DNA of 63,869 nt, filler included, from Octopus bimaculoides (taxonomy: Eukaryota), in NCBI RefSeq assembly GCF_001194135.2. It is 8 parts of 8 records of this genome, joined end to end, with 100 filler letters (N's around TTAATTAATTAA, not from the genome) between each part and the next. Parts side by side here need not be neighbours in the genome. Positions count along the whole stretch, not along the records: positions 40,473 to 55,023 come from NC_068984.1; positions 55,124 to 60,638 come from NC_069004.1; positions 60,739 to 62,634 come from NW_026352917.1; positions 62,735 to 63,869 come from NC_068995.1; 4 more parts are not named here. One strand, written 5' to 3'. The translations under genes and the position numbers were made by a program. Position 1 is the stretch's first letter, and every line of letters begins with the position of its first letter. The notes under the pieces were generated by a model. It saw nothing but the letters and a program-made list of their open reading frames with translations, was not told where the DNA came from and ran no database searches. Shown piece after piece: positions 51,166 to 63,765 of the stretch.

Positions 51166-52941
51166 TTCATGTTTATTTATTACAACAAAGGTTTGCCTAT
51201 AAATGTTTACAAGTAAACTAAGGCCCACATTTGGGATGCTATTGCTGCTATGCACACAGACATCCTGGACTACATCCAGAAAAGGGTCACTGAAACTGAT
51301 TGGCATTCAATCATAAATTAACATGTTCTAGCCTCTGGCTCACATGCAAGCTGTATCTTTCTGTCATTTCTATCACTACTGTGATACTATTGTGCTGGCA
51401 TTCCTGACTCATTCCTCATTCCACATCTTGTGAGTCTTGTGTTCAACCCTCCTCCCATCCCTGTAATAATCACTATGTTTGGCTCTACTCCACCCCTGAA
51501 CATCGGTCCTCTGGAATCTTCTCCCTGTTCATGTCTTTGCTATAGGTGCTGACCCATAACAATTTAAGTGGAATATTGACAGTATCAAGATAACCTGTCA
51601 CCAGTTTCAGAGGACCTGTGAAAGTCATGGACACTTCCCCTTTCACTAGACTCAGTAACTTTAATAAATCATTGCAAATAATTAATGCAGCTGTTAAAAT
51701 ATTGTCACTTTTCTCAATAACATGGGCTGAAGCACCTTCAGACCCTACATACCACTTATTTGGTTGATCACACTCCATTTAAGCTGCAGTTATAATTTAG
51801 GTCCTTATTTTTAAAATGATTCCTAAAAGGTAAACTTTTGCACAAATTTGAAATGACAGGCTGCAGGGGCACCACACCAATTTAGCTTTACTGTGAAAAG
51901 TAAATGAAGTGATTATGTCATAAATTTAATCTCTCTTTGGACAGAGGTCTTCATCAGAGAAAGCCTAACCATCTCTGTCCACAAAGAGATTATTAACTTA
52001 TAGCTATTTATACAAATTTAGACAGATTAATTTACCCAGCAGTACATGTGCTAACAATGTGGATTAATTAATTCATTGTGCATTACTCAACATTTTTTTC
52101 TAATAATTCAAAATATAGGTATACTCTTTTAATAAATTGCTGTGGAAAGTAAACGAAGTCATTTCATCACAGATTATATTTCTCTGTGAACAGAAAAAGG
52201 GACTAATCTGATTAATTTCTAACGAATTTGTTTTGACTCCCATGTAAGTTTTAACCATTCACTGGTTTATTGAACCAATGAGAGAGCAGTACCTCTTAGC
52301 AACACACCGGCTATACAATGTGGAACTGAAAGCTATATATAGATATACAGACAAATATATATGCACATACACATATATAAGCCAAAATGACATGTATGAG
52401 TACCAGTCTATGAGAACAATAGCTCCTAATAAGAAGAGTCTCTTTCCAACTCATGCCAGCATGGAAAGTAAATGTAAAATGATGATCCTTCTTTTCTCTC
52501 AACAAAACACAGCTAGAGTAAGCTGTTTGATTTTATTTTTGGTCCTGTCAAAACACAATCAGAGCAGAATCAATTTCTCTGACTTTCAATCAGCTAGTTC
52601 TAATACAAGACCTGTTCTAGTTGAACCTGATAGCAATTTGCCAGATCTCTATTCCATTAGATCCCATCATTGATTCCCTTTATTTTTTCTTGAGTAACAG
52701 TTTCCTTTCACACAATAAATGCACCCAAAAAAAGCTTTAATTCAAATACATCTATATAACACTACTTCTACATCACATTTAACTCACCCTCTTTTTTATA
52801 ATTCTAATTGAAATTAGCTGCTTTTCCTTGTATGAATTATTGTTTCATACCAATCTGTTGCACCACTTTGAATTACAGCACTACTCATGTCAATAGAGGT
52901 CTACCTTCTAGTAGTGTTTAGAATATATATATATATATATC

Positions 52942-53856
52942 CTAATAAGTCGGAAGGTAGATAAAACACAAACCCCTTCAGGTAGATGGCCCTGCTCAGT
53001 ATGTAGAAAAGGAGTAGGTAGTAACTCTATAAGATGTACCCGGTGCAAGCTATGGACACATAAGAGGTGCAGCAACATCAAAGGCAGGTTAACTAGGAAG
53101 TTAGTTTTTGTATGTGGCAGTTGTTCAGGTGCAATAAAGACTGCAAACAAACAGGAAACAACTTCTATCTCATTCCAGGGTGAAAAACTAGAGGTAGTCG
53201 ATAGCTTCCGCTATCTGGGTGACCAAGTTAGTAGTGGGGGTGGGTGCGCTGAAAGTNNNNNNNNNNNNNNNNNNNNNNNNNNNNNNNNNNNNNNNNNNNN
53301 NNNNNNNNNNNNNNNNNNNNNNNNNNNNNNNNNNNNNNNNNNNNNNNNNNNNNNNNNNNNNNNNNNNNNNNNNNNNNNNNNNNNNNNNNNNNNNNNNNNN
53401 NNNNNNNNNNNNNNNNNNNNNNNNNNNNNNNNNNNNNNNNNNNNNNNNNNNNNNNNNNNNNNNNNNNNNNNNNNNNNNNNNNNNNNNNNNNNNNNNNNNN
53501 NNNNNNNNNNNNNNNNNNNNNNNNNNNNNNNNNNNNNNNNNNNNNNNNNNNNNNNNNNNNNNNNNNNNNNNNNNNNNNNNNNNNNNNNNNNNNNNNNNNN
53601 NNNNNNNNNNNNNNNNNNNNNNNNNNNNNNNNNNNNNNNNNNNNNNNNNNNNNNNNNNNNNNNNNNNNNNNNNNNNNNNNGACTGGCCTTCGTGCAGGTA
53701 ACACGTAAAAGCACCTACTACACTCTCTGAGTGGTTGGTGTTAGGAAGGGCATCCAGCTGTAGAAACTCTGCCAAATTTAGATTGGAGCCTGGTGTTGCC
53801 ATCCGGTTTCACCAGTCCTCAGTCAAATCGTCCAACCCATGCTAGCATGGAAAGCG
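52942..53856 (+). mobile_element. RTE-clade LINE (ORF2 with PHD finger, gap, 3' UTR)
   Basis: Open frame 52942-53256 LISRK...WPCSVC...CTRC.LWTHKRC...FVCGSC...EVVDSFRYLG; near-identical to the 42195 copy; tail 53681-53856. Confidence 0.9.
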
Positions 53857-53859
53857 TGT

Positions 53860-54240
53860 GAGAATGTGTGTGTTGTGTGTGTGTCTGTCTGTGTGAATCC
53901 CTAAAACTTGAGAACTACACAACCAATTTCATTCAAATTTTACACATGCGTTACTTAGGGTTCATGTAGTGTCTTAGGCCCCAAAATTTTTTAACTTTTT
54001 GCCTAGTGCAAGCCCAGAGCAATATCATATCTCCTCCACTATTGCAGTATTATGTATAAAAAGTGAAACAATAACATCTCTCTATTGTAATGTCAGATAT
54101 TTTCACTTTGATAGTTCCACTTTAATACTGAAACTATTAAAGTGAAACTATCATCTCACATATATACAGGCATACATGCATATATACATATATACATACT
54201 TACATATATATATAATATATATATTATGCATATTATATAT
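53860..54240 (+). mobile_element. Helitron/DINE-like element, second copy
   Basis: Aligns along its length with 24975-25330. Confidence 0.65.
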
Positions 54241-54242
54241 AT

Positions 54243-54440
54243 ATCATCATCATCATTTAACGTCCGCTTTCCATGCTAGCATGGGTTGGACGATTTGACT
54301 GAGGACTGGTGAAACCAGATGGCTACACCAGGCTCCAATCTGATTTGGCAGAGTTTCTACAGCTGGATGCCCTTCCTAACGCCAACCACTCAGAGAGTGT
54401 AGTGGGTCCTTTTACGTGTCACCCACACGAAGGCCAGTCA
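54243..54440 (-). mobile_element. RTE 3' UTR/tail copy
   Basis: Reverse complement of 53681-53856 plus a (CAT)n end. Confidence 0.9.
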
Positions 54441-55023
54441 GGCGGTACTGGCAACAGCCACGCTCAAAATGGTACATTTCATGTGCCACCCGCACAAGAG
54501 CCAATCCAGGGGCATCGGTAACAATCTCGCTCGAAAAATTTCATGTGTCACCTGCACAAGAGCCAGTCCAGGGGCACCGGTAACGATCTCGCTCGAAAAT
54601 CCTACGACGGCCCCGCATAAGAGCCAGTTCAGGGGCACTGGCAACGATCCCGCTTGAAAGATTTCATGTGTCGCCCGCATATGAGCTAGACCAGTGGCAC
54701 CGGCAACGATCTCGCTCGAAAATCCTACGACGGCCCCACACAAGAGCCAGTTCAGGAGCACAGGCAACGATCTCGCTCGAAAATCCTACGACGGCCCCGC
54801 ACATGAGCCAGTCCAGGGGCACCGGCAACGTTCTCGCTCGAAAATCCAACAATGGCCCCACACAAGAGCCAGTTCAGGGGCACTGGCAATGATCTCGCTC
54901 GAAAGATTTCATGTGTCGCCCGCACATGAGCCAGTCCAGGGGCACCGGCAACGATCTTGCTCGGAAATCCTACGATGGCCCCGCACAAGAGCCAGTTCAG
55001 GGGCACTGGCAATGATCTCGCTC
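54440..55023. repeat. ~9 x 61-bp minisatellite continuous with the RTE 3' UTR
   Basis: G[G/A/T]GCAC[C/T/A]GG[C/T]AACG starts at 54571, 54632, 54694, 54755, 54816, 54877, 54939 and 55000. Confidence 0.9.
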
Positions 55024-55199
55024 NNNNNNNNNNNNNNNNNNNNNNNNNNNNNNNNNNNNNNNNNNNNTTAATTAATTAANNNNNNNNNNNNNNNNNNNNN
55101 NNNNNNNNNNNNNNNNNNNNNNNGGGAAATTTGATTTAGAATTGCTAAATTGAATTTTCTCTGTAAGTTTTGGAATTTAATTTCCTGACTTTATATATA

Positions 55200-55735
55200 T
55201 ATATATATATAAAGAATATGAGGGCTTTATTTCACTGGTGATCTAAACGAATAGGTACGCTGCGTGCTATGATTGGTCATCCGTTAGGTTCTAAGTCCAC
55301 AGCTAGGGATCCGTAGTAGGCTTCCGAGCCAGCAGGTAATATCTTAAAGGAAATGATAAACAAAACCAAGACAGCACGAGTATCTCAGGTGATTTAGAAT
55401 ATTTAGAGTAAGGTGAATCAAAATGGAGAAGTAGAAGTAATTAATGTCTTACAGCTGTTTCTGGGATATCAGCACCCCTGTACACTGGGTATTCCATCAT
55501 CAGTGACAAGTGTGTATGCAGAAAAGTTCCAGACAGAGAATTCACAGTATATAGAAGGATAAAAGAATAAAAGATGAATAAAGATAGAATGATAAATTTC
55601 ACAGTTCATCTTGTTCCAGAGGGTATGAAGGTTAGTCCGTATTTCCGTGGAGGTTTAGTCTCTTAAATATAACCCCAGATAAATCCAGGTAGTATTTTGA
55701 GTGATGCATTTAGAATGGATCAAGTAATTACATTC
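55200..55735 (-). mobile_element. Probable PLE 3' region / pseudo-LTR ending in (TA)n
   Basis: Contains a hammerhead motif and abuts a TA microsatellite; weak YI.ETKP-like endonuclease end. Confidence 0.45.
55445..55508 (-). ncRNA. Type-I hammerhead ribozyme motif
   Basis: Reverse complement TGTC-A-CTGATGA-TGG...CCA-GAAA-CAGCTG-TA-A-GACA; palindromic stem III CAG/CTG, GUA triplet, stem I TGTC/GACA. Confidence 0.65.
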
Positions 55736-55745
55736 TTACATACAT

Positions 55746-56129
55746 TGTTGTTGTTGTTGTTGGCACTCCGTCGCTTACGACGTTGAAGGTTCCAGTTGAT
55801 CAACGGAACAGCCTGCTCGTGAAATTAACGTGCAAAGTGGCTGAGCACTCCACAGACACGTGTACCCTTAACATAGTTCTCGGGGATATTCAGCGTGACA
55901 CAGTGTGACAAGGCTAACCCTTTGAATTACAGGTACAACAGAAACAGGAAGTAAGAGAAAGTTGTGGTGGAAGAGTACAGCAGGGTTCACCACCATCCCC
56001 TGCTGGAGCCTCGTGGAGCTTTACGTGTTTTCGCTCAATAGACACTCACAACGCCCGGTCTGAGAATCGAAACCGCGACCCTGTGACCGCGAGTCCGCTG
56101 CCTTAACCACTGGGCCATTGCGCCTCCAC
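55746..56129 (-). mobile_element. SINE family B, full length, (CAA)n tail
   Basis: Reverse complement of the 16651-17033 family. Confidence 0.9.
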
Positions 56130-56339
56130 TCATACATACATAGATACATACATACACAGACAGATATCCACACACACGCACACACATACACATATGATGA
56201 AATTTATTCGTATCTATCAGGAATTATTTCACATCTTAATAAACATGTTTCAATAAATTATCTTTAATTTTATAATGCAGATATTAAGCTTGCTCGTCAC
56301 GTTAAAAGAATTCCATGATTAAAATTATTCATGTAACGG

Positions 56340-56515
56340 AATTTGCATTGCTGGAGCAACGCCTTAAAAGGTTTAATCAAATAAACTGACCTCAGTATTT
56401 ATAATTTAAAACTGGTACTCATTCTGCTGTACTCTTTTGCAGAACCACTTAAGTTGTGGGGACGTAAACAAACCAACACCGTTTGTGAAGCGGTGATGGG
56501 AGACGAACACAAACA
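56340..56515 (-). mobile_element. SINE family A tail, degenerate
   Basis: GCTGGAGCAACGCC...GGGGACGTAAACAAACCAACACCG. Confidence 0.65.
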
Positions 56516-57101
56516 GAAATATATGATGCAGAAACACACTGCAGACTTCGATAGTCAATAAAGTACAAATATAATTTACAACCTTATTTTCTGTGCGGTT
56601 CGGAACTGAATGATCTACGGCCTAATACTGATGTACGGCTTACTTTAGCAGACTCTTGGAGACCAGTTTGATCAACGCAGTTGATGTTCTCTTTGGACAA
56701 CAGCAAATTTGCGGCTGCAGGAAATAAGCACAAACAGAACTCCAGATGGAGACATTGGGAGCAGATAGGACGGTGCGTGTAGTGCGAAGCCTTTATACAA
56801 TACGTCTGAAAAGAGGGGAGAGAGGTGAGTAAGTCAGGTGAAGCTGAGTAAGGCGGAGTGAAAAAGTTGGGTGAGGCTGTTTGCATGGCTAACTGGACAT
56901 TCAGCTTGTTATTGTGACAGTAAGTTCTGGTGCTGGAAGCCAACATACACACACGTATACACATGCATGTGAAGAAAGATACACGTTCAGCGATCGAGAG
57001 AAAGTGAAAGAAGGATATTAGAATACATTAATATAACATTGTTGATCTAAAAGCTTTCGTTCGCATCATGCGCATAAAGTGAAATATGCTTACACACATA
57101 A

Positions 57102-57212
<111 letters not shown>

Positions 57213-57922
57213 TAGAGAGAAAGAGTGAGAGAGAAATTGGGAGAAAAAAACATTAAAAACGGCTGATGTCAAATAAGTCAGCGTCGAATCAGAAACGCTA
57301 TATTGGCCGCGCAAAAACAACTGTTCCAAAACGTCTCCTGTCCTGATTTAGGTATATCACGTAATCAGGGCAACAACATGTCTCTCTGCGTGGGTTCATG
57401 TAAGCATTTTTAAAAATAATATCTAAACAAGCGATTTGAATATAATTTGTAGCTAGTGCACTCAATACGTAACAAAAAACAACTGCCAACAAATATAAGC
57501 TTTAATTCCTCTCATAACGTATCATTGTTGCTGTGTTCATTCTTATTGCCAAACTCACGAAGAAGAGTGATGAATACCAGATATCGACAGAAAGCATGTA
57601 ATATCTAAACAACTGTTCTTATACATATTTAATTGTCTCAATTATTGCAAGTTGTATTATGTAATTATGGAGGAAAATGCAACTATTGTTGGTATTGATT
57701 CGTTAGATTTATTTCAATAGAAAGTACTAGAAAACTATTCAAAGTTTAATATCAGTAATATTTCTTCTCATTGTCTTCGTCATTTGTCCATTTATATATT
57801 TATGTTAACCTCTTTTTATCCGCCACATTTTTTTTCACATTATTTCACTTTTTCGCTGTCCTATATTATTATTATCATCATCATCAGCAGCAGCAGCACC
57901 AGCAAGCATCAGCATCAACATC

Positions 57923-57955
<33 letters not shown>

Positions 57956-57973
57956 GAGTGAGAGAGCAGTGCA

Positions 57974-58023
<50 letters not shown>

Positions 58024-59229
58024 CATGCATGCATATATATATATGTACATACACATATAAACACACATACATATATATATAGTCTACATGCAAACGCAAA
58101 CGCACTCACGTGTGAGTGNNNNNNNNNNATATAACACATCTATGCATACATTCACACATATAAGCGATGTATGAATATGTTACTGAGATTCCATTTCACT
58201 CTCATTATTTCCTTATCTCTCTTCCTCTCCCCCGCTATATCCTTCCAACTGTGCTGCCGTTGCTGCTGCTGATCCTCTTCCCCCTCCCCTTCTTCCCTCT
58301 CTTCCTCAGCCATATTCTCAGTAAGACCGTTTCAACAACCCATTGTTATAAAACGTTTTGCATGGATTTGGATTTACATGTTTTTAACGTATTTCTCTCT
58401 TGAATTGAGTTACTTATCTCAACCAATTTCATTAACTTTTAGAATTACATTATAATGTCATGACCTGACGTTCGTTCAGTCAGAATCGTTTTCATTCTTT
58501 TCTTTCACATTACTCTTCTGCGAAACGCTTTGAAATGAAATTGAAGTAAGATATATACATAGATATATATATCAGTATATACATAAAAATCTGCAAAATA
58601 TTTCAGTATTGTTTCATTTTCGACGCGTGGGTGAAAATATGCACACATTTACATGTAAGTATAGAATAAATATGTATACATAAACAGTAGTGAAATATAC
58701 ACACTTGTGTTCTCTCATGTCTATAGCAAATCCATTGTGTACAGCAATTATCAGATGGATTTGAAACCAAAGAAAAATACAGAGTATGGTTTCATAATAT
58801 CAACTTTTAGTTTCTCATGCGCTTAGAATATAAATAGATATGAAATTTGTTTCTAAGAAGCCAATTAATTATCTCAAATAAGATATATAAGCTTTCTTTT
58901 TTATCTAGAAAGATTTATTATAATCTGCTTTTTATAGATATGCGTATATGTTTTAAAAATACGTGACTACGTGGCAACTTCACTTTAATATGGAAACCTT
59001 GTGTTTTACCAATTTTCTAAGAAAAAATTCAGAAACGTCTGCATTTTTTGAAAATCTCGGATCTCTGGATCTAACATGTAGACAATGAATTTTCTGAGTT
59101 ACTGGAGCGGTAAGCTCCCGTCCCGCTTACCGTTCAAGATGTTTTCTTGTCTTTATTGAATTTAATTTTGCTGTCAATTATCCAAATATACTTGTATAGT
59201 TTAATAACACTCCATTTTTCTGAATTCTT

Positions 59230-60545
59230 GAAGGAAGAAATTTAATTAAAATATTGTATCATCAACTAAGAACTACAATAAAGATATCACTGAAATAAAG
59301 TAGATTCTATAAATAGAATGAGGTGGTCAAACTTTTTCCATTTTTCAAGAATGAATGACTTTCAGTAAAAAAAACCTGTTGTTTCATCCAACGAATTAAG
59401 AAACCTAGAAACTTTCGAATTTTATCTTTTGCACATGAACTGAAGTGTAATTTTGCGAAAGTGAAACAACGTTTGTAAAGATAATTCCTGCAATTAAGAA
59501 TATTAAGCAATATAGCAAGATTTTCATATCCTCAGAGAAATCGAAAAATATGAAGTAAACACACAAGCAATTAACTATCATTTAATAACATTGCCAGAAT
59601 CCATACAAAACCCAACTTACACGCGTCTAATTATATAAAAAATGATGCATATGTTATAGCAAACTAAAACAATATATTAGATTAGAATATATAGCTAAAC
59701 GGAAATCGTATATCACCCTTTAAGATTACTCCAAGTAATTCGTCTTTAATCCAAAATGTAGATTAATGAATGTTGGTAAGAGCAAGATCTTTTTAATTAC
59801 AAGACCCGACCCAGTAAATATAAAATTAATGATGGAACAATAGTTTTAATCGTAATTAGTTTCTTTAAATCGTAATAATTATAATCAGTTTCTTTATTTG
59901 TAACGTAAGTATAAATTTAATCAATATTGTCGAATTTTATCCTTCCATTTCTGAATTAGGAATCATCAGTGATCTATACTTTATCAATACTTACTACACC
60001 ATGAATGACAATGGCGAAGTTATCTTTATGCATGACAGGAAAACCATACTTGTCATTAAAGATAAAAGATACTATATGGGTTAAAGAATTTGGACAGACT
60101 TTACCGCTTCGATTGATGTCTGTAAGAACCGTTTGCTTAATGCAGAGATGTGTGGTCCTGTTGACCATTTATAACCTGATACACTTGAGACAAAGTTCCC
60201 TGCCCATGTAGATAAAACTCTTGGAATATACCACATGTATTATAGCACATCATTGAAGTCGGCTTCAAAAAGTAGAGACGTAATGTGCAGAAGCATTCCT
60301 ATTGTTGAAGCCCCTGATTAAGCGTATTCTTTCATGAATGCATTTTGCAATATCTCCATTTACTACTCAAAACCTGATGATTTGCGTAGTGCCATCAGCA
60401 TTATCGCATTTGTCCCTTACTAAAGGTTCTCAGTACTTAGGTGTTGAAATCTCAACTGGCTAACTGCTTCGAACAGTGGAAAACGCGCCCGGATCGATGC
60501 ATTGCTTCAAATTGAGAATACTTTGAAGGCGATAAAAGTGTAAAT
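59230..60545 (+). pseudogene. Decayed Penelope-like element RT (N-terminal and core motifs)
   Basis: NRMRW (59312), SYITL*DY..FVFNPKCRL (59706-59765), IVEFYPSISE (59926), HDRK..TIWVKE (60074), AEMC (60142), KPDD; multiple stops and frameshifts. Confidence 0.8.
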
Positions 60546-60606
60546 ATGTTAAACTGAGTGAATAAAATAATACTGCAAAATTTGGTTTCTTCTGGGTATT
60601 CCCTTG

Positions 60607-60638
<32 letters not shown>

Positions 60639-60738
60639 NNNNNNNNNNNNNNNNNNNNNNNNNNNNNNNNNNNNNNNNNNNNTTAATTAATTAANNNNNN
60701 NNNNNNNNNNNNNNNNNNNNNNNNNNNNNNNNNNNNNN

Positions 60739-60786
<48 letters not shown>

Positions 60787-60925
60787 GGATATGAGCGGTA
60801 GTGGTGTCAACATATCTATAAATGTTCTAAAATCTACACAGCCTTGGTTTTTTATCTCATTACGAAAAGTAAACCTTACGCCTATCAATTTTCATATCGA
60901 CCATGTACACATGGACCATGTATTA

Positions 60926-61296
60926 TTGTTGGCACTCCGTCGCTTACGACGTCGAGGGTTCCAGTTGATCCGATCAACGGAACAGCCTGCTCGTGAAATT
61001 AACGTGCAAGTGGCTGAGCACTTCACAGACAAATGTACCCTTAACATAGTTCTCGGGGATATAGTATGACAAGGCTGACCCTTTGAATTACAGGCACAAC
61101 AGAAACAGGAAGAAAGAGTGAGAGAAAGTTGTGGTGGAAGAATACAGCAGGGTTCGCCACCATCTCCTGCCGGAGCCTCGTGGAGCTTTAGGTGTTTTCG
61201 CTCAATAAACACTCACAAAGCCCGGTCTGGGAATCGAAACCGCGATCCTATGACCGCGAGTCCGCTGCCCTAACCACTGGGCCATTGCGCCTCCAC
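60926..61296 (-). mobile_element. SINE family B, full length
   Basis: Highly similar to 55746-56129. Confidence 0.9.
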
Positions 61297-61482
61297 TGAG
61301 ATTATTATAAGGCATGAAATTTTGGTGCAGGGTTCTAGTCGATTACATTGACCCCTGAACTTAATTGGTATTTTTTTATCGACCTCCAAACGATAAAAGA
61401 CAAAGCCGACATTGGCGGAATATGAACTCAGAACGTAAAGACGGACGAAATGCGGCCAAGCGTTTTGTCCGGCGCAGGAACG
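61297..61482 (-). mobile_element. SINE family C, degenerate
   Basis: GAACTCAGAACGTAAAGACGGACGAAATGC matches the family body in reverse. Confidence 0.7.
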
Positions 61483-61797
61483 AGTCAACATAGGCCTACT
61501 TGTTAGGCTATTTCACCGTGTGCTTGTTTTGTTTATTTTCTTTTTCTCGTTGTGATCTTCTTCGTCTCTTTTAGTCTTAAATAATTAGAAGTTGGTCACT
61601 GAGGATCGATGTAACCGACTCCGAAAGAAATATAGAAAGACAGATTGGCAGACAAAGAGAAAGATAGGTTGATATATAGATGTATAGACAGACAGATAGA
61701 CAGACATGCAGATAGGCTGACATACAGACAGAAAGATAGAGAGAGAGAGGATAAGAAACAGACCGACATAGATACAGTCAAACAAGCAAACAAGCAA

Positions 61798-61851
<54 letters not shown>

Positions 61852-62114
61852 NNNNNNNNNNNNNNNNNNNNNNNNNNNNNNNNNNNNNNNNNNNNNNNNN
61901 NNNNNNNNNNNNNNNNNNNNNNNNNNNNNNNNNNNNNNNNNNNNNNNNNNNNNNNNNNNNNNNNNNNNNNNNNNNNNNNNNNNNNNNNNNNNNNNNNNNN
62001 NNNNNNNNNNNNNNNNNNNNNNNNNNNNNNNNNNNNNNNNNNNNNNNNNNNNNNNNNNNNNNNNNNNNNNNNNNNNNNNNNNGCGGGTAGACAGACAGAC
62101 AGATAGATACAAAG

Positions 62115-62197
<83 letters not shown>

Positions 62198-62753
62198 TAG
62201 ATAAGCAGCATCCACCATACGAACTTTTCTGCGAAATGAAACATTTACAGAGTTACAACGAATTTTTCTTAGCATTTCAAGGAATTTTACAAGTGTGGAC
62301 GTGATTAAGATTCGTATACGCGTGCTTGTCTGACCTATAAACACTTCGAAAATGTGTGTATATGGCTCTTCAATACAGCACTGAATATGTTTATGACTAT
62401 ACAACATGTATATGTATGTATACAGCATCCGCATGTATACACACTAGTAATACACAAAACGAGGCTGTTTTGTGGGGAATGTTGAGGTTTGTGTGTGTGC
62501 GTGTGTCTGTGTGTGTGTCTACGTGTGTGGTAGCTCCTGTATGACATTCTTAGAAAAGTGAAAATATTCTATATGAATATTTCCACTTTTCTCTATTGCA
62601 CGTCTCATCCTTACAGCGGACGGTTGTATGTTCGNNNNNNNNNNNNNNNNNNNNNNNNNNNNNNNNNNNNNNNNNNNNTTAATTAATTAANNNNNNNNNN
62701 NNNNNNNNNNNNNNNNNNNNNNNNNNNNNNNNNNTTTCTCCTTGTCTCCGTAT

Positions 62754-62790
62754 TCTTTCTGTTGAAGAGCGTAGCTCGAAACGTCAAAGA
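62754..62790 (+). ncRNA. Minimal type-I hammerhead-like motif in a PLE pseudo-LTR
   Basis: TCTTT-CTGTTGA-A-GAGC-GTA-GCTC-GAAA-CG-TC-AAAGA; stem I TCTTT/AAAGA; core deviates at A6 (U). Confidence 0.6.
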
Positions 62791-62942
62791 CTTTCCGTAT
62801 TCCCGAGCGTCATACTAATATATCCTTTTGTTATTTACACCACCTCTCCTCGTCTGTTGTTATTATTTGTATATTCTCCCATATATATACATATATATAT
62901 ACACACATACATATATACATATATATACATATACATATACAC

Positions 62943-62983
<41 letters not shown>

Positions 62984-63039
62984 TACACATACATACAAAC
63001 ATAGGCACGCACACAATCTCTCACACACACACGCACAAG

Positions 63040-63074
<35 letters not shown>

Positions 63075-63494
63075 ACACATATATATATATTCGCATATTA
63101 TTATATATGCACATATGCATACATATTTATATACATGCACGTGTGCACTTAACCGAACTGAGATGAAGATCAGATTTCACCAATGGTCGAATAAAAGCAT
63201 CTTGCTAGAGACTGGTGAACTGTTGCACACGAGTAATCAATCAGACAATTCCATGAACTGGTGTTGATTTACTCATTAACTTTCTTATAGACAATATCAT
63301 AAGTCCTCAAAATGATATACAGCAATATCATTCGTTGTCATTTTAGTGATTTTCTTATGAAACACTAGCGAGAATGAGAACCGGTAGCAGACAAATGTAT
63401 AATTATTGAACAAACGGATGATAAATAACGTATGATTGCTTGACTGAGAAGAGTAGCAGTGGTGATAAGATATGACCAAGAAAGAGAATAATCT

Positions 63495-63718
63495 TTACTC
63501 TTTTACTCTTTTACTTGTTTCAGTCATCTGATTGTGGCCATGCTGGAGCACCGCCTTTAGTCGAGCAAATCCACCCCAGGACTTATTCTTTGTAAGCTTA
63601 GTAACTATTCTATCGGCCTATTACGCCGAACCGCTAATGTGTCAGGGATGTAAACACACCAGCATCGGTCGTCAAGCAATGGTGGGAGCCAAGCACAGAT
63701 ACACAAACATATAGATAG

Positions 63719-63765
<47 letters not shown>

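Noticed and set aside
51485-51778. 97-aa minus ORF, possibly a transposase relic
   Set aside because: No diagnostic motif recognised; cannot be assigned without a search
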